Source of the DNA: Candidatus Gastranaerophilaceae bacterium
GTDB lineage: Bacteria; Cyanobacteriota; Vampirovibrionia; Gastranaerophilales; Gastranaerophilaceae
DNA: 54,376 bases
Reading direction: 5' to 3'
NCBI GenBank assembly: GCA_045613725.1
Contig: JAZLBN010000024.1
Coordinates: forward strand, 1 to 54,376
In this document: piece after piece, positions 24,791-34,300 of the stretch
Layout: each line of letters opens with the position of its first letter
Numbering within the stretch: position 1 is the first letter of the stretch
The notes under the pieces: generated by a model
Database searches by the model: none
What the model was told of the DNA's origin: nothing
Seen by the model: the letters and a program-made list of their open reading frames with translations, nothing else
Position numbers and translations under genes: made by a program

Positions 24791-25452
24791 TTAATAATTT
24801 CTTCCCAGCTTGCAAATTGATAATATATATGATGTCCGTTTGAAATTGTAATATAGTCTGTTCTGTTCTTTTTGTGGCATTCAATTTGATTTTTAGGTGG
24901 AATAATTTTGTCGTATTCGCTAACTACCGCAAAATCATAGAACTTTATACAATCTAAGTTATTTTTATTTTTAATCAAAGTGTATAAATTTTCAAGTTCA
25001 GATACTCTGTTTTCTATTGATCGCTGAACCGGATTTGATAAATAGAGATTATATTCATCTTCTGTTATAAATAAGTTTTGATAAAATTTACCTTCGAGTC
25101 CTTTTTGAGCGTGTTTAAGTGTTAATTCAAACATTCTTATAGGAATACCATAGGTGTCATCAACGGGGGATGTTGTTCCGTTGATGGCAATTTTATTATC
25201 AAAATCTGTGAATAAATCTTTAAGTTTACAAGCAACAAAAACACCCATAGACCATGCAATGAGAGTTTTATTTTCATATGTAGATAAATCGTTTAGTTCT
25301 TCTGGAATAAGTAATGTGTTATAATCGTAAATTATTAAAACATCATTATCATCGCAATCTAAGTGTTTAAAAGGGGTTTCATCAAAACTCCATCCTGCAA
25401 AAAATATGATTATATTTTTATTGTTTTTTTTATTTAGCCAAACGCTTTTCAT
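24766..25452 (-). CDS. bioG: pimeloyl-[ACP] methyl ester esterase BioG (DUF452 family)
   Basis: BioG hallmarks IIFFAGWSFD, nucleophile elbow IAWSMGVFVA, AINGTTSPVDDTYGIP. About 228 aa and overlaps bioF by 23 nt. Confidence 0.85.
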   Translation of the reverse strand: MKSVWLNKKNNKNIIIFFAGWSFDETPFKHLDCDDNDVLIIYDYNTLLIPEELNDLSTYENKTLIAWSMGVFVACKLKDLFTDFDNKIAINGTTSPVDDTYGIPIRMFELTLKHAQKGLEGKFYQNLFITEDEYNLYLSNPVQRSIENRVSELENLYTLIKNKNNLDCIKFYDFAVVSEYDKIIPPKNQIECHKKNRTDYITISNGHHIYYQFASWEEIIKCKQIINK

Positions 25453-26563
25453 TGATTATCTCCATAAGATTTTCAAGTTCATTCTCTTTGATGTCTGTTG
25501 TGAGAGAAAGTCTTAGTCTCGAGGTGCCGACAGGAACTGTAGGTGGTCTAATTGGAAGAGTAAAATAACCATTATGGAAAAGAGTTTCGCATAAATCAAC
25601 GGTTTCTTTGTTATCACCAATAATTATTGGTATAATATGACTACTGCTACCTAGATTTTTACCAAGTTGTATCATTTTTTTACGTTGTTCATAAGTTTTA
25701 GGAAGTTTATTTTCAATAATCCACTTAGAAAAAGCAACATTTATTGGTGGTATAGCTGTTGAAAAAATAAATGAGCGAGATTTATTGATTAAATATTCAA
25801 TAAGAGGTTTAGCTCCAACAACAAATGCTCCCATTGAACCAATCGCTTTCCCAAATGTTCCTATAATTAAATCAACATCATCAATAATGTCTAAATTTTC
25901 GCAAATTCCTAAGCCTTTTTCTCCAAAGACACCAAATGCGTGTGCTTCATCTACTATCAATATACAATTATATTTCTTTTTTAATTCAACTATTTTTTTA
26001 AGATCTGAAATATCTCCATCCATAGAAAATACGCTTTCAGTTATAATGAATGCATTTTTGTAATTGTTACGCTCTCTTATTAAAAGGTTTTCAAGAGATT
26101 TCATATCGTTATGTTGGTATCTGAAAAATTTACCTTGTGATAGTTGCATACCGTCAATTATGCTGGCATGGTTCAATTTGTCAGAGAAGACAACATCTCC
26201 TTTTTGATTTAGGGCACTCGCAATACCGATGTTTGCGTGGTATCCGCTATTATACAAAAGTGTTGATTCTTTATTATAAAGGTTTGCTAAAAGTGATTCT
26301 AATTCTTTATAAATCGGTAGGGTTCCTGTAAGAAGTCTTGCTGAAGCACTACCAAAAGAATATTTATTACCAGAATTGTTTAAAAATTCTTCGGTTATTT
26401 TCTTGTTATCTGCAAAATTTAGATAGTTATTAGAAGATAAATTTAAAAGTTTTTTATTTCTATAATAAATATATTTTTCGTCTTTAGTATCAAAGTCTCT
26501 TAAAACTCTTAAATGAGAGTTGTTTTCTAATTCTTCAAGTGTGTTTGCATAATCTTTGTACAT
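25430..26563 (-). CDS. bioF: 8-amino-7-oxononanoate synthase BioF
   Basis: Alpha-oxoamine synthase motifs SNNYLNF, GSASARLLTG, DKLNHASIIDG, VDEAHAFGVFG, and the PLP-lysine in GTFGKAIGSMGAFV. Confidence 0.93.
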   Translation of the reverse strand: MYKDYANTLEELENNSHLRVLRDFDTKDEKYIYYRNKKLLNLSSNNYLNFADNKKITEEFLNNSGNKYSFGSASARLLTGTLPIYKELESLLANLYNKESTLLYNSGYHANIGIASALNQKGDVVFSDKLNHASIIDGMQLSQGKFFRYQHNDMKSLENLLIRERNNYKNAFIITESVFSMDGDISDLKKIVELKKKYNCILIVDEAHAFGVFGEKGLGICENLDIIDDVDLIIGTFGKAIGSMGAFVVGAKPLIEYLINKSRSFIFSTAIPPINVAFSKWIIENKLPKTYEQRKKMIQLGKNLGSSSHIIPIIIGDNKETVDLCETLFHNGYFTLPIRPPTVPVGTSRLRLSLTTDIKENELENLMEIINEKRLAK

Positions 26564-26722
26564 AAAACTAATTTATTTTAAATATGGCTGAATTTCAAGT
26601 ATAGCAATGATTAAAATATACAATGTAACGATATGTAAATAATATATAAAAAATATATAAAATTAAGCAATTTTTGTATGAAAAATTTGTTTATTAAGAT
26701 ATAACGAGGTACAATTAGAATC

Positions 26723-26908
26723 ATGGTTGAGAAGACTGAACAAAACTTAAGAGTAATTGAAAGCGATTCTCAAGAGACGAGAGAAAAAGAAGTTGTTGAT
26801 AAACTACAGTCGACTCGACAAACTAATCCTATTGCAAGGAAGTTGCTGGACTTTAGCTTGTCTAACAAAACCCGCAAATTTTCAGTCAAGGATTTGTTCA
26901 CACGATAG
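26723..26908 (+). CDS. possible small highly charged protein (61 aa), or part of a non-coding RNA
   Basis: ATG with GAGG ~14 nt upstream, which is long spacing. The product is Lys/Arg/Glu/Thr/Gln-rich with no hydrophobic core. It is followed by ~140 nt of hairpin-rich sequence and a terminator. Confidence 0.25.
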   Translation: MVEKTEQNLRVIESDSQETREKEVVDKLQSTRQTNPIARKLLDFSLSNKTRKFSVKDLFTR

Positions 26909-27050
26909 GTTCGTGTAGCACGGCTTTATGAGGGTCGATACGCACATCAATTTGTGTGGTTTGTGAGGAACTGAAACCTAATGGTACTTCGTTACCCTTA
27001 AAGTAAATACTGCCATCTTTGATGGTGCAGCGACTTTTTATGGGTGCGAA

Positions 27051-27084
27051 GCGGACGTATTTTACGGCCGCTTTGTTGTGTTTT
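27051..27084 (+). terminator. rho-independent terminator ending the 26.7-27.08 kb unit
   Basis: GCGGACGT-atttt-ACGGCCGC (8 bp, one mismatch) followed by TTTGTTGTGTTTT. Confidence 0.65.
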
Positions 27085-27111
27085 GCACTATTGTTTTGGA
27101 AGTTGTATAAT
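27083..27111 (+). promoter_or_regulatory. sigma-70 promoter; predicted leaderless transcript starting at ATG 27118
   Basis: TTGCAC-N17-TATAAT, then 6 nt (TGTTTT), then ATG. No SD. Confidence 0.55.
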
Positions 27112-27117
27112 TGTTTT

Positions 27118-27633
27118 ATGTATGAGATTAAAAAGCAAATTTATTTAAATCTGACAAAAAATCAGAAATCTGCGCTTTGTAATTATTTACGTGCAAATGT
27201 AAAAAAATCGATGGATTTGTCTGTAGATGAAATCTGGGAAAGTTTTGTTGCAGATGAAAAATATTATCTTGAATTAAATTGTTCAAGATTTGAGTTTTTG
27301 GCAGAAATTATTGATGAAAGTGTATTTAAGTCTGATACAATGAAATATTTGAAAGAATGTAAAAAGTATTATGAATATAAAGAAAAACAACGTCCTATAT
27401 TTGAGGCTAATAAAGAGTACGAAAAACAAAAACGAAAGTTCTTACAAGAAGTAAAAATGTCAAAAGAAGCACCGACAAAAAAACAACTTTACTATTATGA
27501 ACGATTGTGTAAAAAATATAGTATTGAACAGGTTGAATTGAAATCAAAACTAGAAGCTCGTGATACGATTGATAAAATTATAACTGAGCACGCTCCAAAT
27601 TTGAAGTATGTAGAGGATCAGGAAGAATGTTAA
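27118..27633 (+). CDS. hypothetical cytoplasmic Lys/Glu-rich protein, translationally coupled to prmC
   Basis: MYEIKKQIYLNLTKNQKSALCNYL.... The stop overlaps the prmC start by 7 nt. The track start at 27019 was rejected because it lies across the upstream terminator and promoter. Confidence 0.6.
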   Translation: MYEIKKQIYLNLTKNQKSALCNYLRANVKKSMDLSVDEIWESFVADEKYYLELNCSRFEFLAEIIDESVFKSDTMKYLKECKKYYEYKEKQRPIFEANKEYEKQKRKFLQEVKMSKEAPTKKQLYYYERLCKKYSIEQVELKSKLEARDTIDKIITEHAPNLKYVEDQEEC

Positions 27634-28463
27634 TTCAAGATATAGTAAAAATTTTAACTGATGCGGGTATAGAACAAAATGAAGCAAATGTAGAAGTGAA
27701 ACTTTTAATTGAGCATTTTGCAGGATATACGTTAGCTGACATTATAATGGGTAAGAAATTGACAGATGATAAACTTGCTATTGTTGAAGAAAAAGCAAAG
27801 TATCGTGCAAAAACAAGACTTCCTATTCAATATATTATAGGACAAGCTGATTTTATGGGTGAAAAATTTAATGTTCAAACAGACGTTTTAATCCCAAGAG
27901 ATGAAACTGAACTTTTGGTTCGTCAGGCTGTTGAAATAATTAAGGAAAAAGGATTTACTCAAATTCTTGATATGTGCACAGGTTCTGGATGTATTGCTTG
28001 TATGATAGCAAAGTTGACGGATGCTCAAGTAATTGGTGCGGATATTTCTACAGAAGCGTTACATGTTGCTTTTTCAAATATGGAAAAATTTGGGTTATTT
28101 AACCGTGCAAGTTTTAGAAAATCAGATGTTTATTCGAAAATTAGACCAGAGGAGAGGTTTGATATGATTGTTTCAAATCCTCCGTATATTCCTCCACAAT
28201 TTAAAGAAACTATTCAAAAAGAAGTTTCATTTGAGCCAGAGTTAGCTCTTTATACCAGTGATGATAAAGGCTTGGAATTTTATAAAAAAATCACAGAGGG
28301 TGCAGGTGAATTTTTGAATATTGGTGGTTATTTGATGTTTGAACTAGGTATAGGTCAATCTCAAGATGTTGCAGAAATTATGAACGCAAATGGATTTAAA
28401 GACATTAAAGTATTAAAAGATTTGGCAAATATTGACAGAGTAATTTTTGGTCATTTGGAATAA
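27627..28463 (+). CDS. prmC: peptide chain release factor N5-glutamine methyltransferase PrmC (HemK)
   Basis: PIQYIIGQADFMGEKF, LIPRDETE, SAM motif ILDMCTGSGCIA, catalytic VSNPPYI. Confidence 0.93.
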   Translation: MLIQDIVKILTDAGIEQNEANVEVKLLIEHFAGYTLADIIMGKKLTDDKLAIVEEKAKYRAKTRLPIQYIIGQADFMGEKFNVQTDVLIPRDETELLVRQAVEIIKEKGFTQILDMCTGSGCIACMIAKLTDAQVIGADISTEALHVAFSNMEKFGLFNRASFRKSDVYSKIRPEERFDMIVSNPPYIPPQFKETIQKEVSFEPELALYTSDDKGLEFYKKITEGAGEFLNIGGYLMFELGIGQSQDVAEIMNANGFKDIKVLKDLANIDRVIFGHLE

Positions 28464-28464
28464 T

Positions 28465-29535
28465 TTAAAACAAGCTTTGTTGGTTTGAATTGGTTGTTGT
28501 ATAGCCAAGGTGTCTGTATGTTGCAGGGGAAACTTTTCTACCTCTAGGTGTTCTTTGTAACAAGCCAGCCTGCAGTAAAAATGGTTCGCAAACATCTTCA
28601 ATTGTTCTAACGTCTTCTCCTATGGCTGCCGCAATTGTTTCTACTCCAACAGGACCGCCATCGTATTTTTCTATAATCAGTTTTAGTAGATTTCTATCTG
28701 TTGTATCTAGTCCAAATTCATCAATTTTTAATATGTCTAATGATTCATTTGCGATTTGTTCAGTAATTTTTCCATTATATTTTACCAAAGCATAATCGCT
28801 TACTCTTTTTATAAGTCTGTTTGCAATACGAGGTGTTCCTCTAGAGCGTCGTGCGATTGCATTTGCTCCTTTTGTGTCTATCTCAATATTAAGTATCCCT
28901 GCGGTTCTTTTTATAACTTGTGATAATTCTTCTTCTGTATAGAATTCAAGTCTATGGATTATGCCAAATCTATCTCTAAGTGGCCCAGATAATTCTCCGG
29001 CTTTAGTTGTTGCGCCGATAAGTGTAAATTTAGGCAAAGGAATTCTTAAAGTTTTAACGGTTTGGCTTTTGCCTGTTGTCATATCAAGGTAGAAATCTTC
29101 CATTGCTGGGTAAAGAATTTCTTCTGCAACTTTATTTAATCTATGGATTTCATCAATGAATAATATTTCTCCACCTTGTAACGACATCAAGATTCCTATA
29201 ATATCTCGTGGTCTTTCTAATGCTGGAGCGGATGTTATTTTGATTTCAACACCCATTTCTTGAGCTATAACACCTGCTAATGTTGTTTTCCCTAATCCTG
29301 GGGGGCCGTAAAACAATAAATGGTCAAGAGGTTGTTCTCTTTTTTTTGCGGCTTCGATTGTTATTTTTAGAGTATCTTTTAAGCCAGATTGTCCAATATA
29401 GGTGTCAAATGATTTTGGACGAATGCAGTTTTCAAAGTTTTTATCCAAATCAATTGCTTCAGGTTTTACGACAGGATTTTTCTTTTCTGTCGGTTTCTGA
29501 TATCCAAAATCATTATCATCAGCAAAAATACTCAT
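28465..29535 (-). CDS. ruvB: Holliday junction branch migration helicase RuvB
   Basis: [11 protein letters not shown], Walker [12 protein letters not shown], Walker [43 protein letters not shown]. Confidence 0.97.
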   Translation of the reverse strand: MSIFADDNDFGYQKPTEKKNPVVKPEAIDLDKNFENCIRPKSFDTYIGQSGLKDTLKITIEAAKKREQPLDHLLFYGPPGLGKTTLAGVIAQEMGVEIKITSAPALERPRDIIGILMSLQGGEILFIDEIHRLNKVAEEILYPAMEDFYLDMTTGKSQTVKTLRIPLPKFTLIGATTKAGELSGPLRDRFGIIHRLEFYTEEELSQVIKRTAGILNIEIDTKGANAIARRSRGTPRIANRLIKRVSDYALVKYNGKITEQIANESLDILKIDEFGLDTTDRNLLKLIIEKYDGGPVGVETIAAAIGEDVRTIEDVCEPFLLQAGLLQRTPRGRKVSPATYRHLGYTTTNSNQQSLF

Positions 29536-29591
29536 AATATCCCTCTAATTATCTATATAATATCACAAAATTTGATGTTGTGTAAACTTTA

Positions 29592-31157
29592 CTAACCCGG
29601 ACACTGTCCTTGTTTAACTTTTCGCAGAAGAAATACTAATGGTAGAACACATATTACAATAATTGCGTAGGTTCTGTATGAAGTCATAAAAGCACTTAAT
29701 GTGGCTTGTTGCATAAGTTGTTGATATAATGAAATTTGTGCCATATGTTGAGCTGTTGCAATATCGTGTCCCATCTGTACAAAAGAAGCTGTTATAGTAT
29801 TAAGTTTTACTGTGAATGTTTCATTTAGTACAGTTAATCTGTCTATCAAATATGTTTGATGAATTTGTGAAAATCTTGAAACAAATACACCAACTGACGA
29901 TGTTCCAACTGCGCAGCCGACGTTTTTAATGAGGTTTTGTACACTTGATGCATTTGTCATTTCTGTGTTTTTAACTGTTGAAAATAATATTGTTGTTGTT
30001 GGGATAATTACTAATGTTAATCCTGCTCCAATAACTATATTGGGGATGATTACATTGTTGATTGCAATTGCTAAATTAAGCTTAGAAAACATAATGCAGC
30101 CTAAAGCAAAAACTATCAATCCAAGAAATGTTTGGGCTCTTAAATCGATTTTTTTTGTTGTAATTCCAGTAAATAGAACTGCTAATATTGAACCAACACC
30201 CATAGGTCCAGCTGCTAATCCACTTAGATACGATGTATATCCCATTAATCTTTGTAAAAATTGTGGTAATATTGCAATTGTGCCGTATGCGATACCAAAT
30301 ACTACAGTTAGGATAATTGTTCCAAACGTAAAGTTCCAATTTTTAAAAATTTTTAAATCCAATAAGGGGGATTTGGTTTTTAGTTCCCACCAAATAAGTG
30401 CAATAAAGGAAATTAAGCTTATAATTCCTAGTTTACAAATATATGCTGAATCAAACCAACCATTTTTCTGTCCATTGTCAACCATAACTTGGAAAGTTGC
30501 AATCCAAATTATGAGTAGTATTAAACCTATATAGTCGATTTTGTGTAATCCGATAACTTTCAAATATGGAGGATCTTCAATAAACATAGAAATCATAATA
30601 AATGCTGCAATACAGAAAGGCAGACTTATAAAAAATACGTAATTCCACGAATAATTTGTTGTTAGCCAACCTCCTACAATAGGGCCTATAATTGGTGCGA
30701 TTGTAATTCCAGAAGAAAAGATTGCCATAGCTTTTCCGTGTTCACTTTTTGGATAACTTTCTAATAATATTGCTTGAGAAAGTGGTATTATACATCCTCC
30801 GCCTAATCCTTGGAAAATTCTACCAATAATCATTATTTCAAAGCTTGGAGCCATTCCACAAACTGCTGCTGAAATCCCAAATGTGGCAACGCATAATAAG
30901 AAGAAATTTTTTCTTCCCATTACTCGGCTGCACCAATCTGTAGCGGGTAATAGTACACTACAAGCGATTAAGAATATGGTTACAATCCATAAACTTTCAT
31001 CATCTGATATCGAATAACTTCCTGCAATGCTTTTTAAGGCTACGTTTGCGATTGAAGTGTTTAAAACTTCAACAAAGGTCGCAATCATAACTGCTATAGT
31101 AATCATTGCAAGGCTAGCTTTGGGTTTCCATTGTTTCTCTTCTAGTGTATTTTCCAT
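29592..31157 (-). CDS. MFS transporter, DHA2 (EmrB/QacA, 14-TM) drug:H+ antiporter family
   Basis: 521 aa and ~14 predicted TM segments. DHA2-type blocks LNTSIANVALKSIAG, GRKNFFLLCVATFGISAAVCG, GRIFQGLGGG. Confidence 0.88.
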   Translation of the reverse strand: MENTLEEKQWKPKASLAMITIAVMIATFVEVLNTSIANVALKSIAGSYSISDDESLWIVTIFLIACSVLLPATDWCSRVMGRKNFFLLCVATFGISAAVCGMAPSFEIMIIGRIFQGLGGGCIIPLSQAILLESYPKSEHGKAMAIFSSGITIAPIIGPIVGGWLTTNYSWNYVFFISLPFCIAAFIMISMFIEDPPYLKVIGLHKIDYIGLILLIIWIATFQVMVDNGQKNGWFDSAYICKLGIISLISFIALIWWELKTKSPLLDLKIFKNWNFTFGTIILTVVFGIAYGTIAILPQFLQRLMGYTSYLSGLAAGPMGVGSILAVLFTGITTKKIDLRAQTFLGLIVFALGCIMFSKLNLAIAINNVIIPNIVIGAGLTLVIIPTTTILFSTVKNTEMTNASSVQNLIKNVGCAVGTSSVGVFVSRFSQIHQTYLIDRLTVLNETFTVKLNTITASFVQMGHDIATAQHMAQISLYQQLMQQATLSAFMTSYRTYAIIVICVLPLVFLLRKVKQGQCPG

Positions 31158-31291
31158 GTTGTTTCCTAAGGGTCTCTTTTATTCTAAAAAAAAATTGTTT
31201 TTTTATAAAGTTTTTGGGTGTAAAAGTTTACAAGCTGTTAAGCAAATACAGTAATATCCTCTTTTTGAATTAGTTTAAATTTTGCTTAGTA

Positions 31292-31300
31292 TGTTATAAT
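31292..31300 (+). promoter_or_regulatory. extended -10 promoter element; predicted leaderless start at ATG 31307
   Basis: TGTTATAAT followed by 6 nt (TTCGTT) and ATG. No SD. The identical TGTTATAAT also precedes the porin gene on the minus strand. Confidence 0.45.
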
Positions 31301-31306
31301 TTCGTT

Positions 31307-34300
31307 ATGGAATGTCCTAAATGTGGAGCAGAGATAAATAAAAGTGCAATGGTGTGCCCTAACTGTAAGAAGGTACTCAAAATCATTTGCCCTGTTTGTA
31401 AAACTGTTAATGAAAAAAATACTTGTAAAAAGTGTGGTGAAATTTTAGTCACTAAATGTGCTAAATGTGGCAAAATCAACTTGATGAAAAATAAGCAATG
31501 CGTAAAATGTGGGTATTCAAATGAAATAAGTGCTGTTTTGGGAGAGTCCAATACTGATAGTTTTGCAATTTTAAGGATCGATTTTCCTAATAGTGATGTA
31601 GTAAAAGCAAAACTTGGTTCTAATAAATTATATCAAAAGTTTAGAGCAAATTTAGATGCTCTTATTGCAACCTATGTTCAATCAATAAATGTAAGACGAC
31701 AGATAATAAATAATGATATTTATGTCATAAGGTTTAATAAAGATTATACTCTTTCTGCTTCAGCAAATTCTGCTATTTTAACAACTATTGAGCTTATAAA
31801 TATAATTACTAAATTGAATGTGAAATTGTTGAACAAAAAAGGGGTTGCATTAAAATGTAATTTTACGATAATGCAACGTGATGCGGATAAAAATCCATAT
31901 GATATTGATACCAGATTCCATGCAAATATGCTCTATCAAAGTTCTTCCAAGTCAATGAAAGCTTTGGATTCTTTTCAGGTTATAACAGATGAAAGTTTTT
32001 ACGAATATTATATTGAACATTATAAAATGGAGTCATTAGATTCAGCATTAGTTGATGGAGTAATGAAAAGATTTTACGAAATGGATTTGAAAGAATTTGT
32101 AAATATCGGGGATATTTTACGAAATGAAGCTTTAAAAGAAAAAGACGATTCTGAAGAAATGGAAGTTCCTACGTTTGTTCAATCCGCATTGATAGATCAA
32201 GAAAAAATTACTCAAGATGTATTAAATAATGAATATAATCTTTTAGAAGAAGATATTTATGATGTGCAAATGATTAATTTTGAGGAAATAAATTGTACGT
32301 TTATCAAAACAGAAAGTTTTAATGTGTTGGATTGTATAGTACAAGTTTTGCAGCAGGTTCCAAAAGGTGTATTTGCGCTAAAAGCTTCAACTATGTATCA
32401 ACCATATACTTTAAAGGTTTTATCAGCTGTAGATGAATTAGGTATATATGACAATATTGTTCCGATTACTTGTCATGATGATATGAGGTATTCTCCATAT
32501 TCATTTTTTAGGGATTTAGTATCATCAGTTTTTGAATATACTATTTCTCAAAAATTATTTGATACAAATGATTTTTCTATGTTTGCTTCTGTAGATCAAA
32601 AAGGATTGATAAGGGATTTGATAAATTTAAATCAAAGACCAATGAACAATATGGAAGAAACAAGAGAATATTATTGTAATGTTTTCTTATCTTTATTACA
32701 AGCTATTCCTAACACTTTGATTTATATAGAGAATTTTGAAAAAATAGACGAAAGTTCAATGTTTGTTTTGAAACAATTATTTGAACATTTGGATGAATTA
32801 AATATTAGTTATTTAATATCTTATGATAAAGAGTATTCATTGCATCATCATGCTCATTTCTTGCTTTCAAGACCTTATTATACGGAGGTTACATTGACGC
32901 CAACTCCATTTGAGGTAATTGTTGGTGCAGATTCTAACTTTTATAAAAATATTTTAACTGATTTTTATTTCCAACGAATTGTAAAATACGCTTGTGGTAG
33001 TACGTTATTTTTAGATTATGCTATTCAATATTTAGTAGAATCTGAAGTATATCAATATACAGAAGATTCTATAATAATGGTTAATCCAAAAACTTTGATT
33101 ATACCATCGAGTTTAGAAAAACTTATTAAACGTCGTTTGAATTTATTAAAAGATGATACAGAAACAATAAAATTTTTGACTACAATGGTACTTCTTGGTA
33201 CTCGTGTTGATGAAAAAACCATCTTATCGTTAAATATAAATAATTGGGAAAAATTAGGTGAAAATCTTTCAAATATGGGATATTTGTATTCCTATAATAA
33301 CTGTATCTATTTCCCTAATTATAATTTGCTTCGTAAATGTTTGCTAGAAGTTGTAAAACCTGAGGATTTACAAGCTGTAGCACAGAATTTGTTTGACTTA
33401 GTTTACTCAAATAATATGCCAAATCCAACAAAAGCATATTTGCATGATTTAGTGGGTGATACTCAAAAAATTATTACCGAATGGGAAAATTTAGCAAATA
33501 TTAATTTATCAATGGGAGATTTTTCTTCATATTTAAACTGTTCTGTTGAAATATTAAATTCTCTAAATAAGTATTCTTCCAGCTGGTCTAGTGAAAATTT
33601 GATGCAATATAAACAATCTCTTTATGATAATGTTGCGAATAATATGTATGAGTATAATCCTGAAAGAACTCAAGTACTTGCGGAAGAAACTTTAAATAAT
33701 CTTAAACAGTTGAATAATATAGATAAATACGTGGTATTTTGTACCAGAATGATACAAGGTGCAATGGAACAGGGTGATTATCAATATGCAATGAATTTAA
33801 TTCATAACGTATTATCTTCACTTGATAATTCATCGATAAATCCAGTTGCCCCTAACTTTAATTTACACTTTTTGTTAATGTCAGTGATTTATGTGAAGGT
33901 ATTATTTAATATTGGTGCGTATGAAGACTGTCTAGATATTGGTTATAATGTTTTAAATGTTTTAGATGATGAAAAAATCAATTCAATAAATTATACAATT
34001 ATTTCTAAAGAAGAATTTAAATATTTAATCACTGAATGTGTTGGTTATGTTGCGTTAGTCGATGTTTTGACAATGAAGGAAGATGTTGAAGAATTTTTAG
34101 AAATTTCAAACAAACTTTTAGGATTTATTCCTGAAAAATATTCTATTTTTGTTCAATTACAACGATTAATAAAAGGACAGGACGTAAAAGTTTCTTCAAA
34201 TATGATTGGTGAAGATCCGTTTTCTGCAATTTTGTATTACATAATAAATGCATTTGCTTCTTATAAAAATAACTCAGAAGCTTTTGCCAGAGAAATATAT

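Noticed and set aside
26700-27084. A tmRNA (ssrA) hypothesis. The unit is ~380 nt and ends in a terminator. The peptide ...TNPIARKLLDF... loosely recalls cyanobacterial tags (ANNIV.FARK...).
   Set aside because: On neither strand is there a 5' GGGG acceptor strand, a T-arm (GGTTCGAnTCC) or a 3' CCA context. No short tag ORF ends in (L/V)AA-stop. The resemblance is limited to four residues.
26960-27084. A T-box riboswitch idea. AATGGTACTTCG resembles the T-box core GGTGGTACCGCG (8/12) and is followed by a terminator.
   Set aside because: I can find no Stem I features (K-turn, specifier loop, AG bulge or distal loop motifs). The downstream genes (hypothetical, prmC) are not aminoacyl-tRNA related, and a complete promoter sits between the terminator and the gene.
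27019-27117. The track ORF's 33-aa N-terminal extension (MMVQRLFMGAKRTYF...) for the gene ending at 27633.
   Set aside because: It would be translated across an intrinsic terminator hairpin and a good TTGCAC-N17-TATAAT promoter. The composition changes abruptly at Met 27118.
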